Source: Candidatus Omnitrophota bacterium (GTDB taxonomy: Bacteria; Omnitrophota; Gorgyraeia; Zapsychrales; Zapsychraceae). From it: 64,000 nt of DNA. Below the pieces are notes generated by a model. It had not been told where the DNA came from and did no database searches. It was given only the letters and a program-made list of their open reading frames with translations. The DNA lies in NCBI GenBank assembly GCA_021108075.1, contig JAIORP010000012.1, positions 6,539 to 70,538 on the forward strand, in the 5' to 3' direction. Each line of letters starts with the position of its first letter. The first letter of the stretch is position 1. Made by a program: the position numbers and the translations under genes. Positions 44,615-53,755 of this stretch are shown piece after piece.

Positions 44615-45937
44615 ATGGGAGGTTTTATTTTTTTATTTGTCATGATCGGCGTTATCTATATCGATGCGCGGTCGATGCAGCAAAAAGACAGCGGGTTGTA
44701 CCGGACGACCGTCAAATCACCGCCGGTCGCCTGGGCCTTGTTTTCATTCCTGTTTTTTATCGTGGTTGGCCCGATATATTATTATCTTCGCCGCCGGTTC
44801 CTTGAGGGATTAGAATTGAAAAGAGAGGAAGACGCGTTTTCAGGTGATGGTCCGCCTGTCGACCAGGACCGGTCAGATGCTTGTGAGGAGCATTTTTCAT
44901 GTGTTATGGAGTCGACCGGGGTTGTCATTCGATGGTTTTTTATTCTGGTGTGCGTCTCTTTGGCCTATGCCGCGCTCGCGTTATTTTTCCCGAATTTGAA
45001 CAGTATGCTCGTTCAGTTTGTTATTGTCGGACAGATAACGAGTCTTTCGATGCTTTTTCTTATTTATCAGGTGATAAAAAAGAACAGGGTCGCCGGGTTT
45101 TGGAAATCCTTGTCTGTGGTTAAGGTCGATCGTTTCTGGATAAAGGCGATTGTCATTCCGGTTGTGGCCGGGTGTGTGATGGCCGCTATCAACTATGCCA
45201 TTATTTCCAGCCGCGGGACAGATTCTCCCAGTCCTCTGGGGCAGGCGATGGTGGGCAGTGATGGTCTCACCATAACCATTTTTTTTCTGCTGGCGATTTT
45301 ATCCGCGCCGTTGGTCGAGGAATTGATTTTCCGGGGATATTTTTACGCGACAATAGCTCACGTGAAAGGCAAGGTCTATGCCTTTGTTGTGATTTCTTTG
45401 CTGTTTGCTTCCATACACATCGCGCAGTTATGGGGTGATTGGTTGGGGATCGGGGCTATTTTCTTTTTGGGCTTTTGTTTAACTTTTCTACGGTATTGGT
45501 CAGGGACAACAGTCGCGAGCATGATCGCCCACTTTGTTTATAATACCAGTATCGTGATTATTCCGTTGGTCTTTCTCGTCACCTCTTCTCCATCATTTTT
45601 TGAGTACACGTGGAAATATTCTCAGCTGGATTTTATTCAAAAAGAGGAGTTGTTGTTAACTAGTCTGGAAGAGGACCCTGATTTTCCAGCAGCATTGAAC
45701 GCCCTGGCCTGGCTGTATGCCGAACAGCATCAGGACCTGGAAAGGGCGTTGGAGCTGGTGGAAAAGGCCTTGACGCTTGAGCCGAATACCGCCGCCTATT
45801 TGGACACAAAGGCGGAGGTGCTGTATCAGTTGGACCGCTGTGAAGAAGCGGCCGCGATTGAAAGCAAACTTGTTGAACAATTTCCCGTTGTTGGTTTTTA
45901 TCAGGAGCAGTTAGAAAAGTTTGAGGCATGCCGGTAA
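44615..45937 (+). CDS. CPBP-family intramembrane metalloprotease (CAAX protease-like) with C-terminal TPR region
   Basis: Polytopic; motifs EELIFRGYFY, FASIHI, HFVYN (EExxxR / FxxxH / HxxxN); C-terminal soluble helical repeats (ALNALAWLYAEQHQDLERALELVEKAL). Confidence 0.75.
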   Translation: MGGFIFLFVMIGVIYIDARSMQQKDSGLYRTTVKSPPVAWALFSFLFFIVVGPIYYYLRRRFLEGLELKREEDAFSGDGPPVDQDRSDACEEHFSCVMESTGVVIRWFFILVCVSLAYAALALFFPNLNSMLVQFVIVGQITSLSMLFLIYQVIKKNRVAGFWKSLSVVKVDRFWIKAIVIPVVAGCVMAAINYAIISSRGTDSPSPLGQAMVGSDGLTITIFFLLAILSAPLVEELIFRGYFYATIAHVKGKVYAFVVISLLFASIHIAQLWGDWLGIGAIFFLGFCLTFLRYWSGTTVASMIAHFVYNTSIVIIPLVFLVTSSPSFFEYTWKYSQLDFIQKEELLLTSLEEDPDFPAALNALAWLYAEQHQDLERALELVEKALTLEPNTAAYLDTKAEVLYQLDRCEEAAAIESKLVEQFPVVGFYQEQLEKFEACR

Positions 45938-46230
45938 AAGAAGAGCGGGGTTCGGGCATGCCCGTTCCCTACAGGATTATTGATTATTATGCCATGTAGG
46001 TTTGGCATAATAATATATTGATCTAAATCGATATTGTTGAAATGTGCGGGTATTTCTAACCAGGTTTTTTTAATAATTTCTCCTGATTCGTTTAATATCA
46101 TTTTGTCATTACTGATTGTTCCAAATTTTTCAATTCTATTATGCGCACAAATTGTTACAAAATAATATCCCGGCATGCGATAATCATATTCTTTTAATCT
46201 GTTTTGTTTTCGTTTTGGTGATTTGTCCAT
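45901..46230 (-). pseudogene. IS200/IS605-like (RAYT-type) Y1 transposase, N-terminal fragment only
   Basis: YYFVTICAHNRIEKFG...IMPN motif, but the HuH box is disrupted (LHGII instead of HVHLL) and the ORF runs into the CPBP gene terminus; low-GC context. Confidence 0.45.
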
Positions 46231-46317
46231 TTTATTATTTTGATTATAACGAGAAAATCAGCCGCCTTTGGAGCCGTGAAGCGGCGGAAAAGGTCGGCTG
46301 TATTGCTTTGATATATG

Positions 46318-46923
46318 TTAATTTTCTATTTCACAAGCTCTAATTACCCCTTTAAGAATTATTTTGCGTAAATCATTAGTTGAGATTTTGGGGGAGACAG
46401 ATTGCTTGATTTTCCACTGGAAAATAATATTATCGTCATCGGGATTGTCATTAAAAAATATGATATCAAAATAAACTCCACGATGTACTATATCACAGCG
46501 TACCTTATATAGTAATGCTACAACTTCTTTCAGGGATAAATATGCGTCCTTTTGTAATTTTTCAGAGGGATATTTAATAAAAGATTTTTCTAACTTATCT
46601 TTTTCTTCCTCATTGAGAATATTTTCGAAAAATTTGTATACATACTTTTTGCTATCTCTTTCACCTGTATAATTAAATTTTATTTTTGCCGCCGCCTCAG
46701 CGATAATTATAAAAAATAAAACATCAAATGCTGGACGGCCTTGTTGATGTATTTTGTCTGCTAAATAGAGCATTCTTGCGCATTGGTGAACGATTATTCT
46801 TGAATTTCGATTTCCTCTTGCTTTCTTTACAAAGATTTTTGCATCTTTTTCAGAATTTAATACAGGTAAAAAATATTCCCACGGATCAATTTCTGCTATG
46901 TGTTTTTCTGTTTTAATTCTCAT
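46318..46923 (-). CDS. Hypothetical protein with HEPN-like R-x4-H motif (VRCDIVHRG)
   Basis: 201-aa ORF in a low-GC islet next to the transposase remnant; predicted all-alpha; Rx4HR near the C-terminus. Confidence 0.5.
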   Translation of the reverse strand: MRIKTEKHIAEIDPWEYFLPVLNSEKDAKIFVKKARGNRNSRIIVHQCARMLYLADKIHQQGRPAFDVLFFIIIAEAAAKIKFNYTGERDSKKYVYKFFENILNEEEKDKLEKSFIKYPSEKLQKDAYLSLKEVVALLYKVRCDIVHRGVYFDIIFFNDNPDDDNIIFQWKIKQSVSPKISTNDLRKIILKGVIRACEIEN

Positions 46924-47472
46924 ATAACAATTATTATACGACAGTCCGATTTACTTGCTTAACAGGACATCGCAGGTTGAGTTTGATTAAAATCATTAAG
47001 AATATATGCTTTTTATAACTAAAATAGCTGATAAATGGACAGTCGTTGAAGCTGTGCGTATTTGTATTCCGGACATTATTTCTGATATAAATCAATCCTT
47101 AAAAAACAAATTCCCTATCGACATACAAACATTCTAGTCTTCCCCTTAATTATTGTCAATGACTTGAATCGACTTAAAATGGACTAAAAGGTCAGTTTTT
47201 TGGACGCAAATCCATATCCGTTCATACGCGCGTATCGCGAAATTTATCACAAACTAAAATTCATCCGGTTTTGTGAGGGGGGCAATATTTTGATATGAAA
47301 GGCGCCTTTTAGGCCGGGGGAGGGGTGTTAAACGTCCCCATTTTGATTTTTTTCATCGGGAAGGTGAGCTGACAATAGGATCTTGTTAATAAATACAAAA
47401 TATGCTATTGTTCATATATAGAATATTTATACTAATATTTATTTCCAATTTCCAAAAAACAGGAGCAGACGT

Positions 47473-50400
47473 ATGAACGCGTTATTTTTCTCGAACCTTT
47501 CCACATTTTCTCGAAAAATTTTATCTGTTACTTTATGTCTTTTTCTCATTCTGATATCCACCCCGGTCCCGCTTGTCAGGGCCCAAACGCCATTGAATCT
47601 GCCCTTGCCAGGGGCGGCGGTCCCTTTAACCTCCGCGTATGAACCCGCGTTATTAAGGGGATTGACCATTTATCCGGATAATCCTTTGCAGTTTGAATTT
47701 TTGTTGGATGCGGGCGACACTTTTTTGCGAGGTCAAGCATTGCGAAAGCAAGGTGAAAAGTTAATCAAATATTTTTTGGCCGCCTTAACCATTCCTGAAG
47801 AAGAGATGTGGGTGAATCTTTCTCCCTATGAAGATAATCTTATCATTCCGGATAGTTTTGGTGACACGACCATGGGGAGCGACCTTTTAGCCCAGGATTA
47901 TTTGCTCAAGCAATTAACCGCTTCTTTAATGACCCCTGAAGATGAGATCGGCCGGATTTTTTGGGACCGTATTTATGAAAAAGTTTACAATATGTACAAG
48001 ACAACGGACATTCCATTGAACACGTTTAATAAAATTTGGATTGTGCCGGAATCAGCCACAGTCGTGGAGAAGGGTAATGATGTTTACCTTATGAATAGCC
48101 GGTTAAGCGTGATGCTGGAAGAAGATTATGTCGCCTTAAAACAAAATCTTGGCGACGAGAAATTCGGCACCGAGCAAATGGAAATGGATGAAGCTCAGGT
48201 AATCAGTCAGGTCGCGACAGAATTGGTGCGTGAGATTATTATCCCTGAAATTGAAAGAGAGGTCAATGAAGGCCAAACTTTCGCTCAGTTGCGGCAAATT
48301 TATCATGCCATGGTTTTATCCACCTGGTATAAGCAGAATTTAAAAGAATCATTCCTGGGGCAGGTCTATATCGATCAATCCAAGACAAAAGGTGTGGATA
48401 CCTGGGATAAACAGGTCACGAATAAGATTTATGATCAGTACATTCAAGCCTTTAAATCAGGAGTCCAAAATATCATCCGTGATGAGTATAATCAGCATGA
48501 TGGAGTTGTTGTGCCGCGGAAATATTTTTCCGGTGGTTTTACCACGCAACGTTTTGATGGCCGTGATTTGGCGATGTTGACCACCCGGATCAATTTGGAG
48601 TATTTCCAAAATGTTGACGCGAAGTCAAGAGCGGAAGTTCGGGATTGGCTGATGGAAGCGGATAATAGTGAGTTGTTTCAGTTTTCATTGTCTTTGATCG
48701 AATACACGGAAAATAATGAACTGCACATGGACGATGTTGTTAACGCCGGTTTTTTTGATAATGTGATTGATGAACTTCACTCACAAAGGATAAACTTACT
48801 AAAGGAGGCTCAGATCGCGCCTTTTATGCTGGAAATTCCTTTTGATCAGCGGATACAAGAAGACGGAATATCTCACCCTACGACCAAAGATGACCTGATT
48901 ATTATCGGGGAAAGATTTCGCAAGGGAATTGATCGTATTTCTAAAATCGTTCACCGGGATAAACTGACAGGTCTGTATAATTTAGATGGATACATGTTGC
49001 GGTTGCAAGAGATGGTCGATTGGATCAGACGTCAGGGTGATAAGGATGATCAGCTGCAGTATGTCTTTTTTGATATCGATCATTTTAAGGCGGTAAATGA
49101 TACTTTCGGTCACGATAATGGGGATATTGTCTTGCAGGAATTCGCCGAGATTTTAAGTTCAAACGTGCGCGCTTCAACCACAGTCGCCCGGATCGGCGGG
49201 GAAGAGTTCATCGTTATGATGTTTGATAAATCATCTGAAGATGCTGTTCTCGCCATGAAAAGAATGAAAGGCGTTTTGCGGGATCATTTTCAAACGCAGG
49301 TCAGCAAGACGGACAAGACATTTTTGTACGATAAAAAACAACTTGTTATCCAGGCGAAGAAAAGGATCGGTAAACTCCTTGAAGCAAAGACCGCCGGGCA
49401 GTCGGTTGGTTTTGATATAACAAAGTTACGGGACGCGATCGCGCACCAGGTTAAGGTCCAGGCAACCAATGACGCCGAAAGGCGATTCGCTCAAGCCCTC
49501 CAGTCGGAAGCTCTTTTTAACGCGGATGAAACCGGAGTTAATCCTGAAATTGAAAAGGCGCTTGACCTATTAGCGGGCTGGATGATCACGTTCAGCGCGG
49601 GGATAACGATTTTTGATTTGCCCCAGTATGAAAAGCTGCTTCAACGTGATGGCATCAAATCCGGTGACGCTTTGACGCAAGTGGCGACATTGCTTTATCG
49701 TCAGGGTCAAGCCGCTGTTGAGGTGGCTAAAAACAGTGGACGGGATGAAATAACGGTTTTTGATCCAGAGACAATGGAAATCGATGAAGACAGGGATCTG
49801 GGCAGTTATGCCAGTCCGGCCCCCTCTTATGAAGCGCATGACCTGGACAAAATGACGAGACGACGATTATTGAAAGAAGTCAACGGGCTCCGTAAGAGGT
49901 TTGTATCCTTGATAAATAAATCCGAGACCGATCCGTTAACAGGAATGAAAAACCGCAATGGCTTATATCAAAAGTATATTGAACGGGTGCATTACGGCGC
50001 GCGTTACCAGCCTGATACGAGTATGGCGTTAGCCTATACGGATATTGATTTCTTTAAGACCATTAATGATAGTTTTGGCCATGAAATAGGGGATGATGTT
50101 TTAAAGGCTTTAGCCGCTGGGTTTAAAGAAAATTTAAGAACGATTGATACCGTGGCCCGTTTCGGCGGCGAAGAAGTCATTATTTTTTTGCCGGCCATGA
50201 AGCGCATGGATGAGCAACGGACGATTTTAAAAGTTAGAGATATTGTCAGGAGAACAACAAAATACATTCGGGAAAATGTTTCTTTATTCGGGAACAAGAC
50301 TGAGGTGATTAAAAAAATTAGAGCGCGCATCGGGGCCCTCGACGAAAGTCAAAAAGAAGGGCTTGGCGTGGACGCTGATCTGGCGAATCTACGTAACGGT

Positions 50401-51309
50401 CTGGTTCATCAGTTAACCGTGCAGGAAGTTTTTACGGATGAAAATGAAGCAGAAAAGAAAAGATACCTTAACGATACGGGTATTGCCACCCTCTATGAAT
50501 TAGCCGATTTGCTTAATGGTTGGGACGTTACTTTAAGCGTCGGTGTTGAGATCGATGATTTTACGGAAGAGGGCAAGATCCAGTCTTATCTGAAAAAAGG
50601 AGATTTAGACACGGGGTTAACCTTGATGGTTGCCAAAGCGGAAATCGCCGCCGGTTATGTCAAAGAGACGGGCCGTAACCGCGCGGCTTATCACAGTGAG
50701 GTCCCTCGAGTGTCAAGACCCGCGCCAAATATCTTAGCGATCATCGAAAAGGAACAGGACCGTGACGGGTTCAAGGCTTATTTTGAAAATAAAGGTTATG
50801 TTGTGACAGTTGTTGGCGACTTAGAATCGGCTGAAGGTGAGTTAGCGGAACAATTAGCCAGGTATAGTTTTGTTTTAACGGAAAAACAATCCGCGGTTTC
50901 TGCCGACGATGATTCTTACCTTCCTGGCAATGAGGTGATTGATCGTTTAAGATCGATATTTCCCGGGATAAAGTCTTTGATTTTAGGCAGCCCGGAGGAA
51001 ATCTATGATGTTGATCATATTGAAGAGATGATCACAGGCGCGATTGGTGAGGGAAAAACAGATCAAGCCATGTTGACGGCTCGTTTGGATAACACCCCGG
51101 TCGGTGGTATCGATCTTGACCCGGCTCTGCTTGATTTGAAAATTAAACGCGATGGAGAGGGCATTGCCTTACCACTACTGCAACAACCGCCCGAAGCGCT
51201 GCAAATTGAGGGCTTTATCCCTGTGATCATGAACGTGACACCCGTGCAGACGCTGCCGATTTTTCTTGGAAACCTGGCGACTGAAGGGGATACGTTAGCC
51301 CAATTATAG
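47473..51309 (+). CDS. Signal-peptide protein with giant-protein-like N-domain, two GGDEF domains, a pseudo-receiver and a shared C-terminal domain
   Basis: N-terminal signal peptide; aa ~40-390 paralogous to the giant ORF N-domain; GGDEF-1 (RIGGEEF, no RxxD) and GGDEF-2 (RTID...RFGGEEV); C-terminal 75 aa paralogous to the giant ORF C-terminus. Confidence 0.85.
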   Translation: MNALFFSNLSTFSRKILSVTLCLFLILISTPVPLVRAQTPLNLPLPGAAVPLTSAYEPALLRGLTIYPDNPLQFEFLLDAGDTFLRGQALRKQGEKLIKYFLAALTIPEEEMWVNLSPYEDNLIIPDSFGDTTMGSDLLAQDYLLKQLTASLMTPEDEIGRIFWDRIYEKVYNMYKTTDIPLNTFNKIWIVPESATVVEKGNDVYLMNSRLSVMLEEDYVALKQNLGDEKFGTEQMEMDEAQVISQVATELVREIIIPEIEREVNEGQTFAQLRQIYHAMVLSTWYKQNLKESFLGQVYIDQSKTKGVDTWDKQVTNKIYDQYIQAFKSGVQNIIRDEYNQHDGVVVPRKYFSGGFTTQRFDGRDLAMLTTRINLEYFQNVDAKSRAEVRDWLMEADNSELFQFSLSLIEYTENNELHMDDVVNAGFFDNVIDELHSQRINLLKEAQIAPFMLEIPFDQRIQEDGISHPTTKDDLIIIGERFRKGIDRISKIVHRDKLTGLYNLDGYMLRLQEMVDWIRRQGDKDDQLQYVFFDIDHFKAVNDTFGHDNGDIVLQEFAEILSSNVRASTTVARIGGEEFIVMMFDKSSEDAVLAMKRMKGVLRDHFQTQVSKTDKTFLYDKKQLVIQAKKRIGKLLEAKTAGQSVGFDITKLRDAIAHQVKVQATNDAERRFAQALQSEALFNADETGVNPEIEKALDLLAGWMITFSAGITIFDLPQYEKLLQRDGIKSGDALTQVATLLYRQGQAAVEVAKNSGRDEITVFDPETMEIDEDRDLGSYASPAPSYEAHDLDKMTRRRLLKEVNGLRKRFVSLINKSETDPLTGMKNRNGLYQKYIERVHYGARYQPDTSMALAYTDIDFFKTINDSFGHEIGDDVLKALAAGFKENLRTIDTVARFGGEEVIIFLPAMKRMDEQRTILKVRDIVRRTTKYIRENVSLFGNKTEVIKKIRARIGALDESQKEGLGVDADLANLRNGLVHQLTVQEVFTDENEAEKKRYLNDTGIATLYELADLLNGWDVTLSVGVEIDDFTEEGKIQSYLKKGDLDTGLTLMVAKAEIAAGYVKETGRNRAAYHSEVPRVSRPAPNILAIIEKEQDRDGFKAYFENKGYVVTVVGDLESAEGELAEQLARYSFVLTEKQSAVSADDDSYLPGNEVIDRLRSIFPGIKSLILGSPEEIYDVDHIEEMITGAIGEGKTDQAMLTARLDNTPVGGIDLDPALLDLKIKRDGEGIALPLLQQPPEALQIEGFIPVIMNVTPVQTLPIFLGNLATEGDTLAQL

Positions 51310-51468
51310 GAACAAAAGAGAGGCAGCTGTTATCTGAGTAAAAAGGTAGCGGCTGTTTCCACTTTTTTCTTGCTCTCTTTGATATATCAGTTATAATATT
51401 TGAATTCTATCCTGCAAAACATAAAACTATCGTAAAACATTAGGTCTATTATACTTTCATCGTTAATG

Positions 51469-51571
51469 ATACCAAATCCATTAAATAATTACCAAAGTCA
51501 GTATGATATTCTCGACGTTTAAACGCGAATATTGGTATTCAGATAGGACAATTATTTAATGGATTTGGTAT
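51469..51571 (+). repeat. MITE-like element, copy g (intact TIRs ATACCAAATCCATTAAATAAT / TTATTTAATGGATTTGGTAT)
   Basis: ~20-bp terminal inverted repeats; divergent core; ends 25 nt before the trx start. Confidence 0.75.
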
Positions 51572-51595
51572 GACTTGTTTAAAAGGGAGTGAACT

Positions 51596-51916
51596 ATGTC
51601 TGTCCTTCATGCGACCAACGCGAATTTTGACAAAGAAGTTTTGCAGTCATCTATACCTGTCCTTGTCGATTTCTGGGCAGAATGGTGTAATCCCTGTAAA
51701 ATGATTGGTCCGATTATTGATGAGATTGAAACAGAAATGGCAGACAAGATAAAAGTCGTTAAAGTCAATATTGATGAAGCCGCTGATATTGCCGGCAAGT
51801 ATAATGTCATGTCTATCCCCACCATTATGGTTTTTAAGGGTGGTCAGATCGCGAATCAGACCGTCGGCGTTTTACCGAAAGAGGCGTTAATGGCGAAAGT
51901 CAATGAGGTTTTGTAA
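51596..51916 (+). CDS. trxA: Thioredoxin with atypical WCNPC active site
   Basis: Thioredoxin fold, 106 aa; VLVDFWAEWCNPCKMIGPIIDEI (canonical is WCGPC). Confidence 0.85.
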   Translation: MSVLHATNANFDKEVLQSSIPVLVDFWAEWCNPCKMIGPIIDEIETEMADKIKVVKVNIDEAADIAGKYNVMSIPTIMVFKGGQIANQTVGVLPKEALMAKVNEVL

Positions 51917-51965
51917 GGATAAGAGAGTTGAAACGTCATATTAAATGAGGAGTTAGAAGACGATC

Positions 51966-52316
51966 ATGATGATCCCCATGTTGAGAACGAAGATAGCCTA
52001 TGCGACGATTACGGAATCGAATCTATACTATGAAGGCAGTATTTCCATCGACCGGGATTTGATGGACACGGTTGGACTGATCCCGGGGCAGAAAGTTGAA
52101 ATTCTTAATATCAATAATGGTCAGCGTTTTGAGACGTACACCATTGTCGGTGAAAGAGGTAGTGGCCAAATTTGTTTGAATGGTCCCGCGGCACGTTTGG
52201 GTGTTATCGGCGATCAGATTATGATACTGAGTTACGTGTATGTTGATGTTGAGGAAGCAAAAAGCGTTAAACAGGAGATTGTGCATTTAGATGAGCGGAA
52301 TAAGGTTAAAAGTTAG
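51966..52316 (+). CDS. panD: Aspartate 1-decarboxylase
   Basis: MLRTKIAYATITESNLYYEGSISIDRDLMD...ICLNGPAARLGVIGDQIMILSY matches PanD including the self-processing G-S site. Confidence 0.85.
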   Translation: MMIPMLRTKIAYATITESNLYYEGSISIDRDLMDTVGLIPGQKVEILNINNGQRFETYTIVGERGSGQICLNGPAARLGVIGDQIMILSYVYVDVEEAKSVKQEIVHLDERNKVKS

Positions 52317-52785
52317 AATTTACGGTGACCCTTGCTTGCGGGAAAAGACCAGGCCGGTGGACAAGATAACACCCGCCTTGCGGTTGATGTTAAAGACAAT
52401 GGTCAATACGATGTACGAAGAGGATGGCGTTGGGTTGGCCGCTTCCCAGGTCGGGATCAATGAAAGTTTTTTTGTCGCTGATATGGGGGATGGTCCGGGA
52501 GTTTATATTAATCCGCAAATTTATAAACAATCGGGCGAAGAAACGATGGAAGAAGGATGTTTGAGTTTGCCCGGTTTGACGATCAAGGTCGCTCGCCCAA
52601 AGAATATTCAAGTGTCGTATAGAGATGTGAATTTTGAGAATATTACCAGAGACCTGGAAGGACTTCACGCCAGGATTTTTCTGCATGAATCAGATCATTT
52701 AATCGGTCGTCTTCTGCTTGATTACGTCGACGAAAAGGACCGGCCAGCCCTGGAGAAAAAGATTCAACCTAATCCGTCTGGATAA
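52291..52785 (+). CDS. def: Peptide deformylase
   Basis: Motifs GVGLAASQVG, EGCLSLPG, HESDHLIG. Confidence 0.9.
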   Translation: MSGIRLKVRIYGDPCLREKTRPVDKITPALRLMLKTMVNTMYEEDGVGLAASQVGINESFFVADMGDGPGVYINPQIYKQSGEETMEEGCLSLPGLTIKVARPKNIQVSYRDVNFENITRDLEGLHARIFLHESDHLIGRLLLDYVDEKDRPALEKKIQPNPSG

Positions 52786-52805
52786 CTTTTATTTCCCAGA
52801 AGAAC

Positions 52806-53711
52806 ATGCCATCTTCCCACACAAATTTGGAAGGATCTGACGACAAGATTTTACCTCCGTGGTTTTGTCAGCCTATTCCTGTTCCCTCCGCGGTTGATTC
52901 CATGCGAAGCCTTTTAGAGGAGTTCAACATCAATACGGTTTGTCAATCAGCCCGTTGCCCAAACAGTGGGCAATGTTGGTTGCGCAAGGCAGCCGCGTTT
53001 ATGATTTTAGGTGATGTGTGTACCCGTTCTTGCCGTTTCTGCGCTGTGCCATCCGGTCAAGCCCCGTCAGTCGTTGATCCATATGAACCTCAGCATATTG
53101 CCGAAGCTGTTAATCGTTTAGATCTGAATTATGTTGTGATGACATCTGTGACACGTGATGACCTGCCTGATTGTGGCGTGGGCCAATTCATTCAGACGAT
53201 TCAAGCTATTCGGCAATGGCATTCAAAGGCGAAGATTGAGGTCTTGATCCCTGATTTTCAGGGTGATGCGGACTTGCTGGATTCCCTGTTGCGGGTCAAA
53301 CCGGATGTTATCGGGCACAATATTGAGATGCCCGGAAGATTCTTTCCTGATTTGCGGCCGCAGGGGGATTACCGGAGATCCGTCGATGTATTAACTTATT
53401 TAAAAAAGAACCGTTCGCGAATGATTGTGAAAACAGGTTTTATGGTCGGTTTCGGCGAGACGGATGAAGAGATTGAGCGTCTTCTGGACGACCTGATCCA
53501 AACGGGTTGTGATATTTTAACGATCGGGCAGTATCTTAAACCCGTGAAAAATGAATCAATGGCGCAAGTCCAACGTTATGTGACACCGGCGGAGTTTGAT
53601 CAATTGCGTCTGCTCGCCCTGAACAAAGGCTTCAGGCATGTCGTGAGCGGTCCGCTTGTGCGCAGTTCTTTTTTAGCCGAAGAGAGTTTCAACGCTCTGA
53701 AGATCCACTAA
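52806..53711 (+). CDS. lipA: Lipoyl synthase
   Basis: Two cysteine clusters CQSARCPNSGQC and CTRSCRFC (radical SAM); LipA length. Confidence 0.88.
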   Translation: MPSSHTNLEGSDDKILPPWFCQPIPVPSAVDSMRSLLEEFNINTVCQSARCPNSGQCWLRKAAAFMILGDVCTRSCRFCAVPSGQAPSVVDPYEPQHIAEAVNRLDLNYVVMTSVTRDDLPDCGVGQFIQTIQAIRQWHSKAKIEVLIPDFQGDADLLDSLLRVKPDVIGHNIEMPGRFFPDLRPQGDYRRSVDVLTYLKKNRSRMIVKTGFMVGFGETDEEIERLLDDLIQTGCDILTIGQYLKPVKNESMAQVQRYVTPAEFDQLRLLALNKGFRHVVSGPLVRSSFLAEESFNALKIH

Positions 53712-53755
53712 ATATTTTCTACTGGGCATGGTGTTTTTTGCCCATCCGTTAGACT

